This document shows positions 12,040 to 25,688 of a stretch of 64,000 nt of DNA, one piece after another; within the stretch, counting starts at the first letter, position 1; each line of letters begins with the position of its first letter. A program made the translations under genes and the position numbers. This stretch comes from Ancylonema sp. (lineage: Eukaryota). The DNA lies in the NCBI GenBank assembly GCA_050230475.1, contig JBFLGF010000147.1, positions 1 to 64,000 of the forward strand, written 5' to 3'. Under the pieces are notes generated by a model. The model was not told where the DNA came from, ran no database searches, and was given only the letters and a program-made list of their open reading frames with translations.

Positions 12040-14250
12040 CCCGTCCGGGTGGCCTTCCACTAGACGTCGTATGACTTATCGCGCAGCGAGGAATGAGCTA
12101 CACCCCAAGGCTCGTGAGGTGCTGCCTCCTTGCGATGGCGTGGTCTCCACTCCCTCCCCCCGGCTCCAAGTTGCCCTTCATGTCGCCACCTATGCCGCCA
12201 TATTCGACGAGGTTCTCGCGAGTGCAGGCTCTTCAGGGTTGCACGCCCGGATTCGGTCTACGAGTGGCGTGGGGGCGGGGCATTGGTTACAAGCAACACC
12301 TATCCTTCCTTCCCTTCGATTTCCCGCCCCTCTCTTCGTGATAGCTCTCCGTCTTCGTCTTGGCCTTCCACATCCCTGTCTTGCAACGTATGCGGCGAGT
12401 TCATGTGGCCACCCGTCGGATCCTCTGGGGACCCACCTTTTGCGCTGCGCTCGCGGAGGAGAGCGCACTTCATCGCAAGATTTTGTGCGAGATGCAGTTT
12501 ACCACATCATTCGTGAGTCACGCCAACACGCGCATCGGGAGCGCACCGGCTTCCTTCCCTCATCGGCACCTTGGGGGCGCGGAGGGCGTATAGACATTGT
12601 GATTTCGAATGCTGCGCCAGGGCACACTTTGGTCGACATTTTTGTTGCAGACCCTACCCGTCGTGATTTGGTGGAGCGTGCCGCTAGACAAGAGCCTGTT
12701 CCCGCTACAGTTACAGGGGGAAGGAAGGAAACTCGCTATTGGGATCGCGCACTCGGGACGAAATGTGTGCCCTTGTGCATTGTCTGATAGGTCGGATCGA
12801 TTTTTGGTCGAGTGTGCAACGTTAGCATCTAGAGAGTGTGCAGGATCAGGGCCCCCTACTAGCTTTGTCGTGCCATCTGGCATCGTGTCACACTTGCACG
12901 TGCCATTCTAGTGTTATAACGAACTTTGTCGTAGAATGAACTTTACACATGCGAAACACTTCTTTTGTGGTTGAACACGCATGTATTCGATGATCTAGTC
13001 GAGATCAGCCACCTACTTATGTGCGATGTCAATTCTCTAATGTACACACTTCACTCGTCTATCAAGCATAACAAATAATATTTTCCAGTCTACCTAAAGG
13101 CCAGGCAATGTCCCGGTCTAAGCCTAGAGTGCTCGAAGCTTAAATGTATGGGTACGATGCAATGTACTGTCGATCAATATTGAAAATACAATCACACTCA
13201 AATGCACAAGAATTCACATAGGCTGAATTGCCATCCGAACTCGCATTCAGATTTTACAAACATTTCCGGGTGAATTTGTCAGCGGTTCCCGAGGTGTCAC
13301 AGATCAGATCAGATCACATCACAAAGGTTACAATTTGGTACAGTTGCTTGCTTCCTAGCTGCCTACAATCGTTTTGCGGCGCATCAAATCTAGCATGTTG
13401 TCAAACATACTTGCTACTCGCTCCCTAGCTAAGTAAAATCTAAATGACGGCACCCAAATTACTAGGATACAATGCATGGCTGACACGAAGCATCTCCTCC
13501 CGTTCTGCCGTCTAGTTGCATTGCCGACTTAAGCTTTCTATGGCGCATCATACACGATGCAACAATGCAGCACCTTGAGACTTATCGTGACTTACCGTAG
13601 ACTTATTTTGACAACAACACTGCCTCTAGCTTGATTTTCGGTACTCCATCAATTGTATCACATACACATGTGGACCTACAGTTGCTTGCCAACATGCTAC
13701 TAAGAGTGTCCCTCCAGGACTGTTGCCGCAAGTGGCGGAGCAATCATGACGTGCTTCAATAATAAAGGCCTTCGTTTGCCAATCGGAACTTGATTGCTGA
13801 GTGCGTCCGTCCGGCCATGTGCCAAACTGTAATGACATTGAAAATACCCACGCATGTGTCAAACATGACTCAAGGATGCAAATACCCGCACCCGCATCAT
13901 TTCACCGTAAGGGCACATTCACCCATTTCCTCATAAGTCACCATAGAAGCACCCGATTGTATATTGTCGGACAGCTTGTTGTGCACATAGTTCCGTCAGT
14001 TTCTGTCGATTGCATTGCAACGGTCGCTAGCACATGCGATAAATGCTATGACCCTACGTCTAGAGCAATCCATGGCCTTGTTACCTCCCTCACCGCGCGT
14101 TCCACTTTCTTCATATTGATGCTAGTTTTTTATAGTACGATCGACTCACATATTTGTCGTTTTTTACATATATGTAGTTTCTATACAAGCACGTTCTTGT
14201 AATAAGATGGGGTTCCCGTCGTTTTTCTATAATATACAATTTTCTTATAA
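12040..14250 (+). mobile_element. Degenerate 3' part of a restriction-like-endonuclease non-LTR retrotransposon (CRE/R2-like), split by an insertion at 12866-13973
   Basis: GAGHWLQATP..LRLRLGLPHP, decayed CCHC knuckle (CGH..D..GTHLLRC), RIDIV...LVDIFVADPT. Homology to the copy at 50605-51470 stops at 12865 and resumes at 13974, continuing through the 3' UTR. 5' boundary approximate. Confidence 0.8.
12866..13973 (+). mobile_element. Solo-LTR-like element, copy 1 (TGTCGTGCC...TGTCGGACA), TSD GCTT
   Basis: TG...CA termini; GCTT at 12862-12865 and 13974-13977; the uninterrupted site is visible in the related element near 50880 (minus). Confidence 0.85.
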
Positions 14251-14332
14251 CATTTCAACCAGTGCTAGCCCTCAAAGTATAATGCTACATCACAAAGTGA
14301 TGGACCGTGTATGATTTCTCCAAGCATGCCAT

Positions 14333-15398
14333 TGTCGTGCTATCTAGCGTCGTGTCCCTCTCACACATGCAACACCATCGGTTTGACGAGAACAATATCC
14401 ACGTGTCACTCACACGTGCGAAATGTCCGATACATCGATAACTCTACACACATCATCCCGATCACAACTGCAATCCACACATAAGCTGCAACGACCGAGT
14501 ATGCACTCCTTCACATGGCAACCGCCATCTCCCACACTATGTGCCAATTCCACTTGATTAAAAGAATGGCCAATGGCAAGGCAATGCCGGGCCTGAACGG
14601 AACGTGTCCAAAGCGTTAGGGGTGAACAAAGAGTTAGCTCAATAGCTACCGCGCTTGACCGCCAAATCAGACGCCGGTATCGCAATGATGTTGCCAGCCG
14701 AACACATTCAACAAATCAACAAATTCGATAAGACAGCAAACGCAATGTGCAATATGTTCCAGGGGCACACTCTCACCAAATGAGGCCAGAGTACATAGAT
14801 TTTAGGTTGTATAATTCTCAGCTCCAAAGAATATAGAATCGTAGCGGCGCTAATCGGCCGACCACCGTACGAGCATCTTCATTCATAGCCAAGTATTTGG
14901 CAACGATGTCATGCGCATGCGTTATACAGTTGGATATAATCTATGGTTGCCAATGAGCTCTTGCTGCCGTACAACTAAATAGTCGAACTTGCTATTTACT
15001 ACCAGGTGTTCATCCGACGACACGAACGTGGGCTCTATCGTTATCTAAACCGTCCCACAAGCTCCCACTGGCACCACTTGCACCTCTGGCCTTGCCGCCA
15101 AGCAATTGTCCTTTACTAACGATTGCCAGTTATGCGCAAGTGGTGCCAAAGGCACCGACCAATTCCCCTAGGCGTGTCTTTAGGACATGTTTGGCGGAGC
15201 AATCATGACTTTCGCATATTAGAATAAGTAAACCGTTCTATCGCGAAACGAAACACCTCGATAAAAATACTTGCGCCCACAAGTGTATTAAACTACCATA
15301 CGGGCACATGGTTGTATATTGCCCTACACGGCCACAGCATAAAGACCAGCGCACACGTCAAACCACCGTATAGGCACACGATCGTATATGGTCCGACA
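14333..15398 (+). mobile_element. Solo-LTR-like element, copy 2 (TGTCGTGCT...GGTCCGACA), TSD CCAT
   Basis: CCAT at 14329-14332 and 15399-15402; internal blocks gccagccgaac and ggcggagcaatcatgac shared with other copies. Confidence 0.8.
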
Positions 15399-15879
15399 CC
15401 ATGTCACAGATGTTGCATAAAGTAGTTAGGCAATACGTTTGTGAAAGGGTCATCAAAACTTCTAGTGAGTTAGACATTGGACATATTTAGTCCAAATATT
15501 GTCGATGAATACCTAATTCATTCGCGCATTACTTTTCGCATTGTGTATTCCGTTATTAATTCCACGCTTGAAGTCAATCAGTATGAGCAAATATAAATGT
15601 ATTATGGGTTGATTTGATTTATGTAAAGATAATAAGTGCCACATTCCAGCATGGCTGATGGTACAACAAATATCCCCATGTACAGTATTATGATGGGTAA
15701 TAAGGCATACTTGAATGTTTGGGACACATCCATGCACCTTCAGGCACCCTCACCAACGGCTTGTCCAAGCACCACACGTGATTTCCCTAGTTGCGCTTGT
15801 CGCACACACCATCTTGCTTGCTCGCCTCTGTGTGCCACAGACTCGATAGTGTACGGACGGCCCCTAATAGAATCGCTTT

Positions 15880-17000
15880 GGGTGAGTAGTGTGGTCCAAG
15901 ATGGGAAAAGGGCAGTGGGCGATGTTCTTGATGTGCTCCTCGATCTTGGCAACATCACTACCCTCCAACACTGCCACTCTAGATGGCCGGATCCCCACCA
16001 CCCATGGAACGTGAGGTCTGGCTAGCGCATCGAGCGTGTTGACCGTCTATTACTTTGGCAGCACGTAGTCCCCCGACTAAAAAGACGCATTGGGCCGATC
16101 CCAGCCACCACCACGCACCAGCCTTTAACGCTCCTTGTCCCGTTGTTGCGGAATAACTCATTGCCAGAGGCATCACCCACTTGAATGCTTGCCCACGGGT
16201 GTTTAGGAAGATCCGAAGGCGGTGAATTGTAGCGGCCGGGTCCAACTCCTCGTCCTACAGCGGCTGCGGCTTGCTCTAGAACATGGGATCCTTGCCAAAC
16301 ACGGAGAAGACCGGACTGTATCCCACAACCTTCTCCTTGGACATTTTGTAGCTCATGGCAATGTACGGCACCAACCCATCCTATTCCTTCCCGCCACCAC
16401 CCGTGAGACACTTGCGCAGCGCCCGTTTCATCGTCTGCACCATGCGCTCAACCATCCCGTCTAACTGTAGATTCTTCCTAGAGGCCAGCCGATGAGTGTT
16501 CTCGTGCTACGCCAAATGACTGTGGAACTCCCCCATGAATTCTCGCCCTTGATCTGTCAGCACCTCTCCCGGAGCAACATGGCGGATTAGCACCCCCTCC
16601 AATAGACATCGTGCGGAGTCCATAGAAATTTGGAGGGAAGGGGAATCAACTCCGCCAACTTAGTAAAGTACATGATGCACACTATGACCCACGAGTTACC
16701 AGCGGAGGTTGTTTCTAAGGGGCTTGCAAAGTCCACCCTCCAACGGTACCCTAACCCCCGTATAGGAATCGGCTGCAAATCCTTGCCGGACTCTCGAAAG
16801 CCAGCCTTCACTCGGGCAGTGGGGAGGCAGGCCTTGACGATTGCCACCCCCGTGTCTCCCACGTACCACCACCAGCAGTTTTTCTAGAGTCGGTCCAAAA
16901 CACGTTGAACTCAAAAGTGGCCCATGCCTCGATGCGCTTCAATGGCGATGTGCATCCTCGCAGCAGGCCTTGGCACCACCACCATGACTCCTCGCCGCAG
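15880..17000 (-). mobile_element. Ty3/Gypsy pol relic (integrase), frameshifted
   Basis: GHF...CWW, YRWRVDFASPLETTSAGNSWVIVCIMYFTKLAELIPLP, APGEVLTDQGREFMGEF and DGMVERMVQTMKRAL together give the D,D,E core across frames. Confidence 0.85.
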
Positions 17001-17494
17001 CAACTTGAAGGGAGTGCCACCCATCCAACGGTAGCTGCGGGCACGTGTGTAAATGATATCAACGCTGGCAGCTCACTTGCCAATTTCTAAAAATCTGATT
17101 TTGAGCCGATTTCTGATTTTTGTTGTATTGAGCTAAAAACGCAAACTAAGTCGTCTTAAAGTGAAGATTTACCCAAGGCAAGGTATTGCTTGAGTTAGTG
17201 AACGTGAGTGTTCGAAACTGTAATGAATGCGGATACTTACAATTATGCCGTAAGTTCGACCTATCCCCAAATTATCACATCGATAACTTGTACGATTCGT
17301 AATTATAGGTGTAATGCAAGTACCAACTAGGACGCAAACAACGCGAAAAAAATGTAGAGTGAAGGCAAAGATAACGTTGAACACCACTAAGGCACACTCT
17401 AAAATGATTAGGGTCAGAGTGTTATAGAGTGTGAATGTAAGGTCCTGAGCTGCCGCCAGAACCAGACATCGTCACACTAACTTCTAGTCTAGTG

Positions 17495-17672
17495 ATCGTA
17501 CGAATCTTCGTCCAAGTATTTTTCAAGCGTATACTACTTCGCGTACGAACACTCGTTCAAGTATTCCGCACGCGTATGACAATCGTAACTACGTATGATA
17601 CTTCACGTACGAATACTCGTCCACGTACTTTGCACGCGTGTGATAACCGCAACTACGTATGCTACTTCACGC
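17495..17672 (+). repeat. Diverged ~64-bp tandem repeat, about 2.5 units
   Basis: tacttc(g/a)cgtacgaa(c/t)actcgt...gcacgcgt(a/g)tga...aactacgtatg repeated. Confidence 0.7.
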
Positions 17673-17898
17673 AATCATGACTATTATCCGTTTTGTAAAT
17701 CAAGCGTACAGTACTAACAATTGTGCGCGCGTGCGTCGTCACGCACCGCCAACTACGGGTTCCCTACGACATTAGCTAACCCGGAGTGTCGTTGAACCAC
17801 TCGCGCCACTACCGCCTGCATCGGTTCTTGATTGCAACCGACGGCGCAACTATCACATATGCACACGATCATATACGGTCTAACACGGTTGTCGGTGT

Positions 17899-19042
17899 TG
17901 TCGGACAATATACGACTGTGGGCCTATATGGTGGTTTGGCGCGGGCAGGGGTGAATGTGCTTATATGGTGAATTGGTGCGAGCACGGGTGTTTGCGTCTA
18001 TACGAGACTTTGGCACATGTGCGGGTATTTGCGGTGGTATGACAATTTGGCACAGTGCCGGTGCAAGCATTCATCCAACAAGTTTCTTTTCGCGACACTA
18101 CGCTTTGTTTGTTGTACTAATGAAGAGCGCCATGATTTCTTTGCCACTTGCGGCACCATGTCCGGAGAACGCTTCCAGCAGCATGTTGGCAATTATATAT
18201 AGGTCCACATACGTCTCTGATGCAATTGATTGGATGTAGCAACACCACGTTAGGAGTAGTGTCGTTGTCAAGATAAGTTGACAGTAATTGTTTGAAGGCA
18301 CGACAAGGCTCAAGGTGCTGCATTGTTGATATTAAAGTATTCTGCGCCATGGATAGCTTGAGACGGCAATGCAGCTAGACAGCGGGACGGTAGGAGACGC
18401 TCCGTGTGAGACATGCATTGCATCTGAGTGATTTAGGTGACGTAGTTAGAAGAATACTTGGCTATGAATTGAGTAGCAAGTATGTCGGACGGCAGGCCAG
18501 CTTAATGGGGCCGCAAAACGATCGTAGGCAGCTAGGCAGCAAAGAAAGTATACAATTTGTGACATTTATACTCGGACATCTCGGCCATGTACAACTCGGG
18601 CACCGCTGTCAATTTTACTTTAGAAATATTGTTTAATTTTGATTTGAGTTCGGCTGGCAATCATGTATTTTGTGCATTCATTGATCAAGTTGAATGTGCG
18701 TTTGAATGTAACTCTGGCACTCGATGTCGATATACACAACGCTACATTTCTTACACTCATACAAGTTTTGAACAATTTACGTTTAGGCCAGGGCATGGTC
18801 TTGCCATAGGGCAGACTAGTAAATAATATTTGGGATGCTTTATAGAGTGGTGAAGTGTTGGCAATGGCCATTTGTCTTTTCGCATGAGTATGGTGAGGAT
18901 CTCGACTAGATCATAAAACACGAATGCGGACACGTGCGAAGTTGAATCGCGTTTCGCGCGTGTGTAGTACATTTATCGATGATGTTCGTTATATCGATAG
19001 GATGGCACATGAGAGTGTGACACGATGATAGATGGCACGACA
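17899..19042 (-). mobile_element. Solo-LTR-like element, copy 3 (no matching TSD)
   Basis: Reverse complement begins TGTCGTGCCATC and ends TGTCCGACA; colinear with copy 1 throughout; flanks GTGT/GGGG do not match. Confidence 0.75.
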
Positions 19043-20195
19043 GGGGTGTAAAGTGGGGGGTTAGCTAAATAATAATGAGAAATGATTTACCCGTAAAAGT
19101 ATGCCAGGGTTTCCCTCTTGGGGTTAAGCGTTGGCGCTGGTTTCAGACCCTCGGGTCGTCGAGAGACTTACAGAGACATGAACTATGGTGGGAAAGGTCT
19201 TGGATTTTTATGGCTATTTATGTTGATGACGCATTATATACATGAATGGTTTCATTTGATCATCTCGGTCACTATCGGCGTAATGGGCTGCTCGGCACCC
19301 CGCGCTGGGCATGACGGTGGTTCAGATCTCATGGAATGTAATTAACTTTCTTGACGTCATTTGAGCTCGCGGTCTGATATCCATTTCCAGCCGGTCTGCG
19401 AAACTTTTAATTTGGATGCAACCCGACTGGGATGGGGCCGGAATTGGGATGGTAGTGGTAGTCGGGCTGGGGGTATGGGTACGTGAAATTAAATTAAAAC
19501 CGGTGGTGGGGGGATCGAAATTGATTAAAAACGGGTGGGGGGACAAGATGTGTAAAATAATTCGGGAAAAAAAGTGGTGGATTAAATCGCGCCACTACGG
19601 TACCAGACCGGCCATGATTAACCCCAAATAAATAATTATTTTGGGGGGGTGGGTTGGGGGGACGATCTAATTTCAAAAATGGGGGGGTTAATCACGGCCG
19701 GGACGGTATCTCTGCATATGTGTCCACACAGCGGAAAAGCATACGTAAGCACTATATAGGAAACAAAATTCGGGGAAAACTGAGAATGAACTAGTTGCCT
19801 GTACAATGATGTTACTGTGCATGCTGAATCGGCCGTGCAAAGTGGACTGCCTGAGAGAAAAAAACGCTCTCAACTGACGCAAATGTGCTTTACCTGACAC
19901 ATGTACTGAGAAGGAATATTATGTCGTTGCAATTCTCCACGACGATCTGCATTGCGGTCCCGAGGGAGTGAAGCCCGATTTGATATGGACACAGACATGG
20001 GAAGCTTGTAGAATGCATGCCGATTGATTACCTGAGACCATGTCGAGGCTGTCAGAATATGGTCTTTAGTGCCGAAAGGTCTTTAGTACCGCAGCGCGCT
20101 GTTTGTGAGTGAAAGGCTTAGTGAAAGCATGGATTTTTTTTACTATGCTAGCGATGTCCCTCTACTCTGGCGACCCGCCTAGCTGATCAACCGTC

Positions 20196-23100
20196 ATGCC
20201 AAACCCGTCCGTGGTCTTGGCCACAGCAGGTTATGATCACACCATACGCTTCTGGGAAGCTACGACAGGCCGCTGCTACAGAACTCTTCAGTATGCTGAC
20301 TCTGTACGTCACATTCTGACTTCAATCTCCCCGTCGCTTTAGGTGCATTTGTCTGAATTATTCGTCTCGTTGATTGCGCAGCAAGTGAATCGTCTGGAGA
20401 TCACCCCTGACAAGCAATATCTGGCAGCAGCTGGGAACCCTCACATCAGACTCTTTGAAGTCAATTCAACGTCACAGCAACCGGTTCGCCTCATTCCGCC
20501 CACTACCTCTTCCTTACTCGTCATAATCCATCTCCGCATCCAGCGACTTCATCTGCCACGTGTCACATTCCTTCCCTCACGTGCCACTCCAAATAAGAAT
20601 ATCATGCACTTCGATCAGGAATCGTGTAGGATGCGCCATCGGAGCCGAGTTCCTCATGACTTTCGATGGATGCCACCTGGCAGGTGACAAGCTATGACGG
20701 CCACACCACCAATGTCACTGCAATCGGTTTTCAGTGCGACGGAAAGTGGATGTACTCCGGTTCTGAGGACGGAACCGTCAAGATCTGGGACCTGAGGCAA
20801 GTAGAGCATAGCAGAACCTGGGGAACTGAGATCTTTGTTCGGAGAGTGTGTAGCTAAAGCTCATTTGGCCCAGCCGGCCCAGCCGGTCCAGCTGCTGTGC
20901 AGCCTGTCCGTGTGTGCTCACCTCCACACACCTCACGCTTGCATCCATACATAGACTTCCCGTACGAGGTACTCATTTCTTTCTGCTTCTTCTTCCAGAG
21001 CTCCAGGTTGTCAGAGGGAATATGAGAGTGTGGCTGCGGTCAACACTGTTGTGCTCCACCCTAATCAGGTATGCACACCCATGTGGATATTCTTGCAGCC
21101 GCCCCCCTTCTACAATATTCTCCCACTGTCGAAATTTGAGCCGTAACACTTAATATTATCATACCTTTATATCTATGTAACTAACATTATTGTAACCCCC
21201 GCTTATGGTCGAGGTTGCCTCCAACCCGTGTGCTTCACAGCACCACAGGAATCAGACACCACTTCTTGGAGTATGCAAGGCATGTTCGGCAAATAAAGAT
21301 GTAGGATTGGGATACTCGGTCGGTATATGTGGGGTACTGGGTCGGTGTATGTGGTCAGCCAGGGGTGAGAAAACATGAAATGTGATAGGAAAACAGAAAT
21401 AACCTCCCCCCCCCAAAAAAAAACGAAAAAAAACGTTGCTCCTCACGCAAGAATGGCGTCTACTGATCGCAGACAGAGCTTATCTCTGGAGACCAGAAAG
21501 GCAACATTCGTGTCTGGGACCTCACCGCCAACTCGTGCAGTTGTGAACTGGTGAGTGATGTGCCGTGCCAAAACGACCGCAAGAGTGTAAAGTAAGAGGA
21601 TGAAGTAAGAGGATGAAGTAAGAGGATGAAGTAAGAGGATGAAGGAAGAGGATGAAGGAAGAGGATGAAGGAAGAGGATGAAGTAAGAGGATGAAGTGCA
21701 AGGATGAAGTGAGAGGATGAAGTAAGAGGATGAAGTAAGAGGATGAAGGAAGAGGAGGAAGTAAGAGGACGAAGTAAGAGGATGAAGTAAGAGGATGAAG
21801 GCGACAATGGTATGCCTGCGGATCGATTTCCTGGAGAGAGAGAGAGAGAGAGGATACGCTTTCTGGACCATGAATGCCCGTGTCGCCTCTAAACCCTCCC
21901 CCAAGTTCCCCCACACGTGAGGCCGCCTCAGTTACGATTCAGATCCAGGTCCAGATGGCTGTGCCGGAGAAAATGCACAGAATGTTGAATTCAGTTGCAT
22001 GTCTCACCAGCCTCCTGCGTCTCCGCTGCGCCTTTTCTTCATGTCCTCCCGACTCGAAAGCGAAATGTTGAACCACTGAGGCTTCTCATGTGGGGCACAT
22101 GGCAGGTTCCAGAGGTAGATACTGCGATTCGGTCGCTGACCATCAATTGGGATGGAGGGCTCATAGTGGCGGCGAACAACAACGGCACATGCTATGTGTG
22201 GCGTCTGCTCAAGGGAGCTCAGGTACCCCACCCCCCCCCCAACCCCAACCCCAACCCAACCTCCCTCCCACCCACTCGCCTGCTCCGCACACTCAACGCA
22301 TGATCCATGCATGCTCAACGCGTGAAGCATTGCTGTCGTCTTCCTGATCCGACATGGGTCGTTCCACATAATCTCACGTGGGTGGGAGGGTGGGAGGAAT
22401 GAGAAGGGGGCGGATTTGGTTGACCTGTTTACACCACACTGAAAAACTGTTGCCTGCATCTGCTTATATGGGTCGCCAGTCTTTGGACATGGGTTGGACG
22501 GAAGGTTGGTGATGACGATGGTTATGGCGATGATGCTGATGGCGATGGTGATGGTGATGGTGATGGTGATGGTGATGGTGATGGTGATGGTGACGATGAC
22601 ATAACACTGAGCTCTGATCTATTCGGCCAACCTTCGATTTCGTAAATCGTTCACCCCACCCGCAGACGTCCCTTACATTCCTTCCCCATTCCTTTCAGAC
22701 CACCACGAACTTCGAGCCCCTACACAAGCTGCAGGCCCACAACTCGTACATCCTCAAGTGCCTCCTTTCTCCCGAGTTCTCGGAACCGAACAGGTCAAAC
22801 ACCTCCTCTGCTCACATTGGTCGAGGCTCCTACACCCCCCCCTCCCTCTTCTCGCTTTCCGGCTGCTTTACCTGTTTCTTCACCACATCATGAGTGCAGA
22901 AATGCAATATGTTTGGACCTGTTGAATGGTTACATTGCGCTCATAGTTATTGATGGTACTCCCCTTCCTTTGAAACCGAACATTGTACGCCTCCCCTCCC
23001 TCGCAGCCGCTACCTAGCAACGACTTCCGCAGATAACACGGTGAAGATTTGGAACGTGGCGGATAACTTCTCGCTCGAGAAAACGCTTGTCGGTATGCGG

Positions 23101-24096
23101 TTATCCACAAACACGCCGCCACCACGTCTATCTGCGGAACAGAGGAATGGAGGCACTTTTTTCACGCGGCGATGATAATCGATGGAATGATGCCATTCCG
23201 TCCCCTCTTTCTACCTCGGATGCACTTTGAATAAGTGATGCGCAATTGAGTGGTGAAGTGGTTAAAAAAGTGTTAACGTGTATCAGAAGTTGGTGCTAGT
23301 TCGCAGCTCACAGGAGCCGTCAAATCTGTTAGTGTAACAGAAAAACGTTTGCACACTATGTATGGCTATGGTTGACTTCATACTACGTTGGTTGACTATG
23401 GTTGACTTATGGTTGACTTATGGTTGACTTTGGTGGGAGGTATTTGTGGGGATCGCAGGGCATCAGAGATGGGTGTGGGATTGCGTGTTTTCGGTGGAGG
23501 GGGCGTACCTCGTGACTGGTCAGTCGCTGCCGTTGAATACATGCTCTCATTTATTCACTCGCTTGGCCAATGTGTAGTGGTGGTGAAATGGATTCTTCTT
23601 ACTTGCAAGGCATGCTATAGGGATAGAGAATATATGAGGCTTGTAGAATGAACCAATATAATTATGGTGTCGCGATAGCATCGATTGTAGAGAGACAGAT
23701 TTTGTGGCGGGAAGGAGAGGGGGAAGGGAGTGTTAGCGCGCTGAATGTGTAGCGGAATTGTGGTGTCTCAAATTGCTAGCTAGCTAGATCTGGGCAATGA
23801 GAAGACGTGGTTTGGTTCAGAATATTATAGCAATGATGCAATGTCTTCCTTTCAGTCATAGACCTCCATTGAGGCTATGTTTGTGAAACGCTTTATGGGA
23901 GACGCAATGGACAGACAACAGATGCACGATATCCAATCATATGATGTATGTTTGTGATATTTGTGCAGCTTCCTCCGACACAACCTCACGACTTTGGGAC
24001 ATCAACACGGGCGAAGCCATCCGCGTGTACTCGGGCCACCACAAGGCCACCATTTGTTGCGCATTGAATGACGGCACGGAACTCAATGGGATGTGA
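20196..24096 (+). CDS. LST8: TOR complex subunit LST8 (WD40), copy A, about 10 exons
   Basis: [100 protein letters not shown]. Confidence 0.96.
21591..21800 (+). repeat. 13-bp minisatellite (GTAAGAGGATGAA)n in an LST8 intron; duplicate at 31403-31612
   Basis: About 16 units with GGAAGAGG/GTGCAAGG variants. Confidence 0.92.
22508..22600 (+). repeat. (GATGGT)n microsatellite in an LST8 intron; duplicate near 32320-32410
   Basis: Visible hexamer array. Confidence 0.9.
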
Positions 24097-25688
24097 TTGT
24101 GTGTATGTCTGCTATCTTGGCGCCGCGTGCGAATGACTATTACTCGATGTCGTTATACAACAGGGGGAAGCTCACCTAAAAAACCATCGAGCTTTCAAAA
24201 ACATTCGAACCTCCATTGACGCGCACCAATACGTGGACAGAAATCTAGGCACAGCCTGTGTGCACAAGGAATCCGGGTGAGGCTCTTGCTTCAAAGACTG
24301 TTGTTGAGGCATAAAAGTTTGTATTTGGGGTTTTTAGGACCCGAAAAGTGCACGTTTGGAACACCTTAGTTGAAATATAGTAGTGTATGTTGCTACACTT
24401 TGCGTCCTTGTACAAAGGTTAAGATGTACACAACAGTAGGTGACGTACGGGATCTAAGTGCTCGAGTGTTTTTCCATCACAACATCTTCGGAAATGAAGA
24501 GGGAAGAGACACTTACTGGTAAGTAGTAGGAGTCGCAAAACGTGGATGCATTGTTCATGGTTTATATATGAACCCAGTCTAAATTGTCAGATTCACTCGC
24601 TCACAACTTCGTACTTCGCGCCAAATCATAGCATGCAAACCACGAGTGCTATCCTTGCTTTTCGAGAAGGACCTCACAAATGTTCCTCTTTCTCATGCAA
24701 GTACTTCATGTGATTAGGGGTGAAACCGCAGAAGTTAGTGAATGAACAATGTGTTGAACTTTTGAGTGTTATTGGAACTCATGTACCATCACAAATGTTA
24801 TCCTTTTGCTGCCAAGGTCGAAGCACCTCAAGGCAATATTTGAGTGATTGTAACACTCGAAGGTGCCGCACAAGCCCGGGCGTCTGAGAGACATTTGAAG
24901 CTCGATGATTGTAGGTTGCTTCATGCTTTGGCTACAACCCAAAGTACTGACTCAATCTGGGTGAACACATAGCGTTAGACAGTGGCATACGATCATGTTG
25001 CTAACAAACTCTAGCTTAGTGCGGAGTGTTATGAAGTATAATTCATCAAGGGAGCTTGCTTGTTCCCTTATCACCAACGTTTTGGGGAATTTATCTGTGT
25101 AATCCTTGCCACATCCCTCATTCCGCATGCCTGGGCTTGCGGATTTGAATACTCGTGTTGATTGCTCAACTACATGATGCGCATAACTGGCGATCTGACT
25201 TGCATGCTCTACACAATCGCTTTGAATGGTGTGTACATGCTTCATCGCACATCCTGTACTGATTTGTCCAACCCTGGCGGCGGTAATGATGCCAAGCGAT
25301 TCTTGGTACAAAGCAAACGCTGACATCAGGATGCGTTTGAGGTGCGTCAAGAACATGCGCAATCGTTGTTGACAACTCCACAATTCACTTGAATCGCAAG
25401 TGTTGGCATCAACGATCATTTGTCCCATTGATTCAGGGCATACTATGCCCATACCTCAATCATCTTCATGCACTCCACACACAGTGCACAGATTGGTGTT
25501 CTCACTCATGGTGAAATCAGGCGTTACCAGCAAAATGATACAAGCACTCCATAAAAGAGCTCCCAAGAAAGCACAGCCTCTGAGGCTATACCCTTTGGTA
25601 TGCGTTTCCCAAAGAGGTCAACGCGGGCTGAAAGAGGAGCCCCCCCCCCACAACCACCCCCTCTCCAGCACTCCGCTCCTATGAGCAC

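Noticed and set aside
17955..18240. hAT dimerisation-like peptide ISLPLAAPCPENASSSM inside element copy 3
   Set aside because: Not preserved as a reading frame in the other copies.
21591..21800. CRISPR-like array
   Set aside because: Head-to-tail repeats with no unique spacers, in a eukaryotic intron.
21443..21916. Repetitive ORFs ([13 protein letters not shown]; also HAYTHTRI at 56900-57400 and LSIY at 48100-48450)
   Set aside because: Translations of mini- and microsatellites, not genes.
24952..25452. 166-aa ORF between LST8 and RPL10a
   Set aside because: No recognisable domain; its C-terminus differs in copy B; it lies downstream of the RPL10a stop, in the probable 3' UTR or intergenic region.
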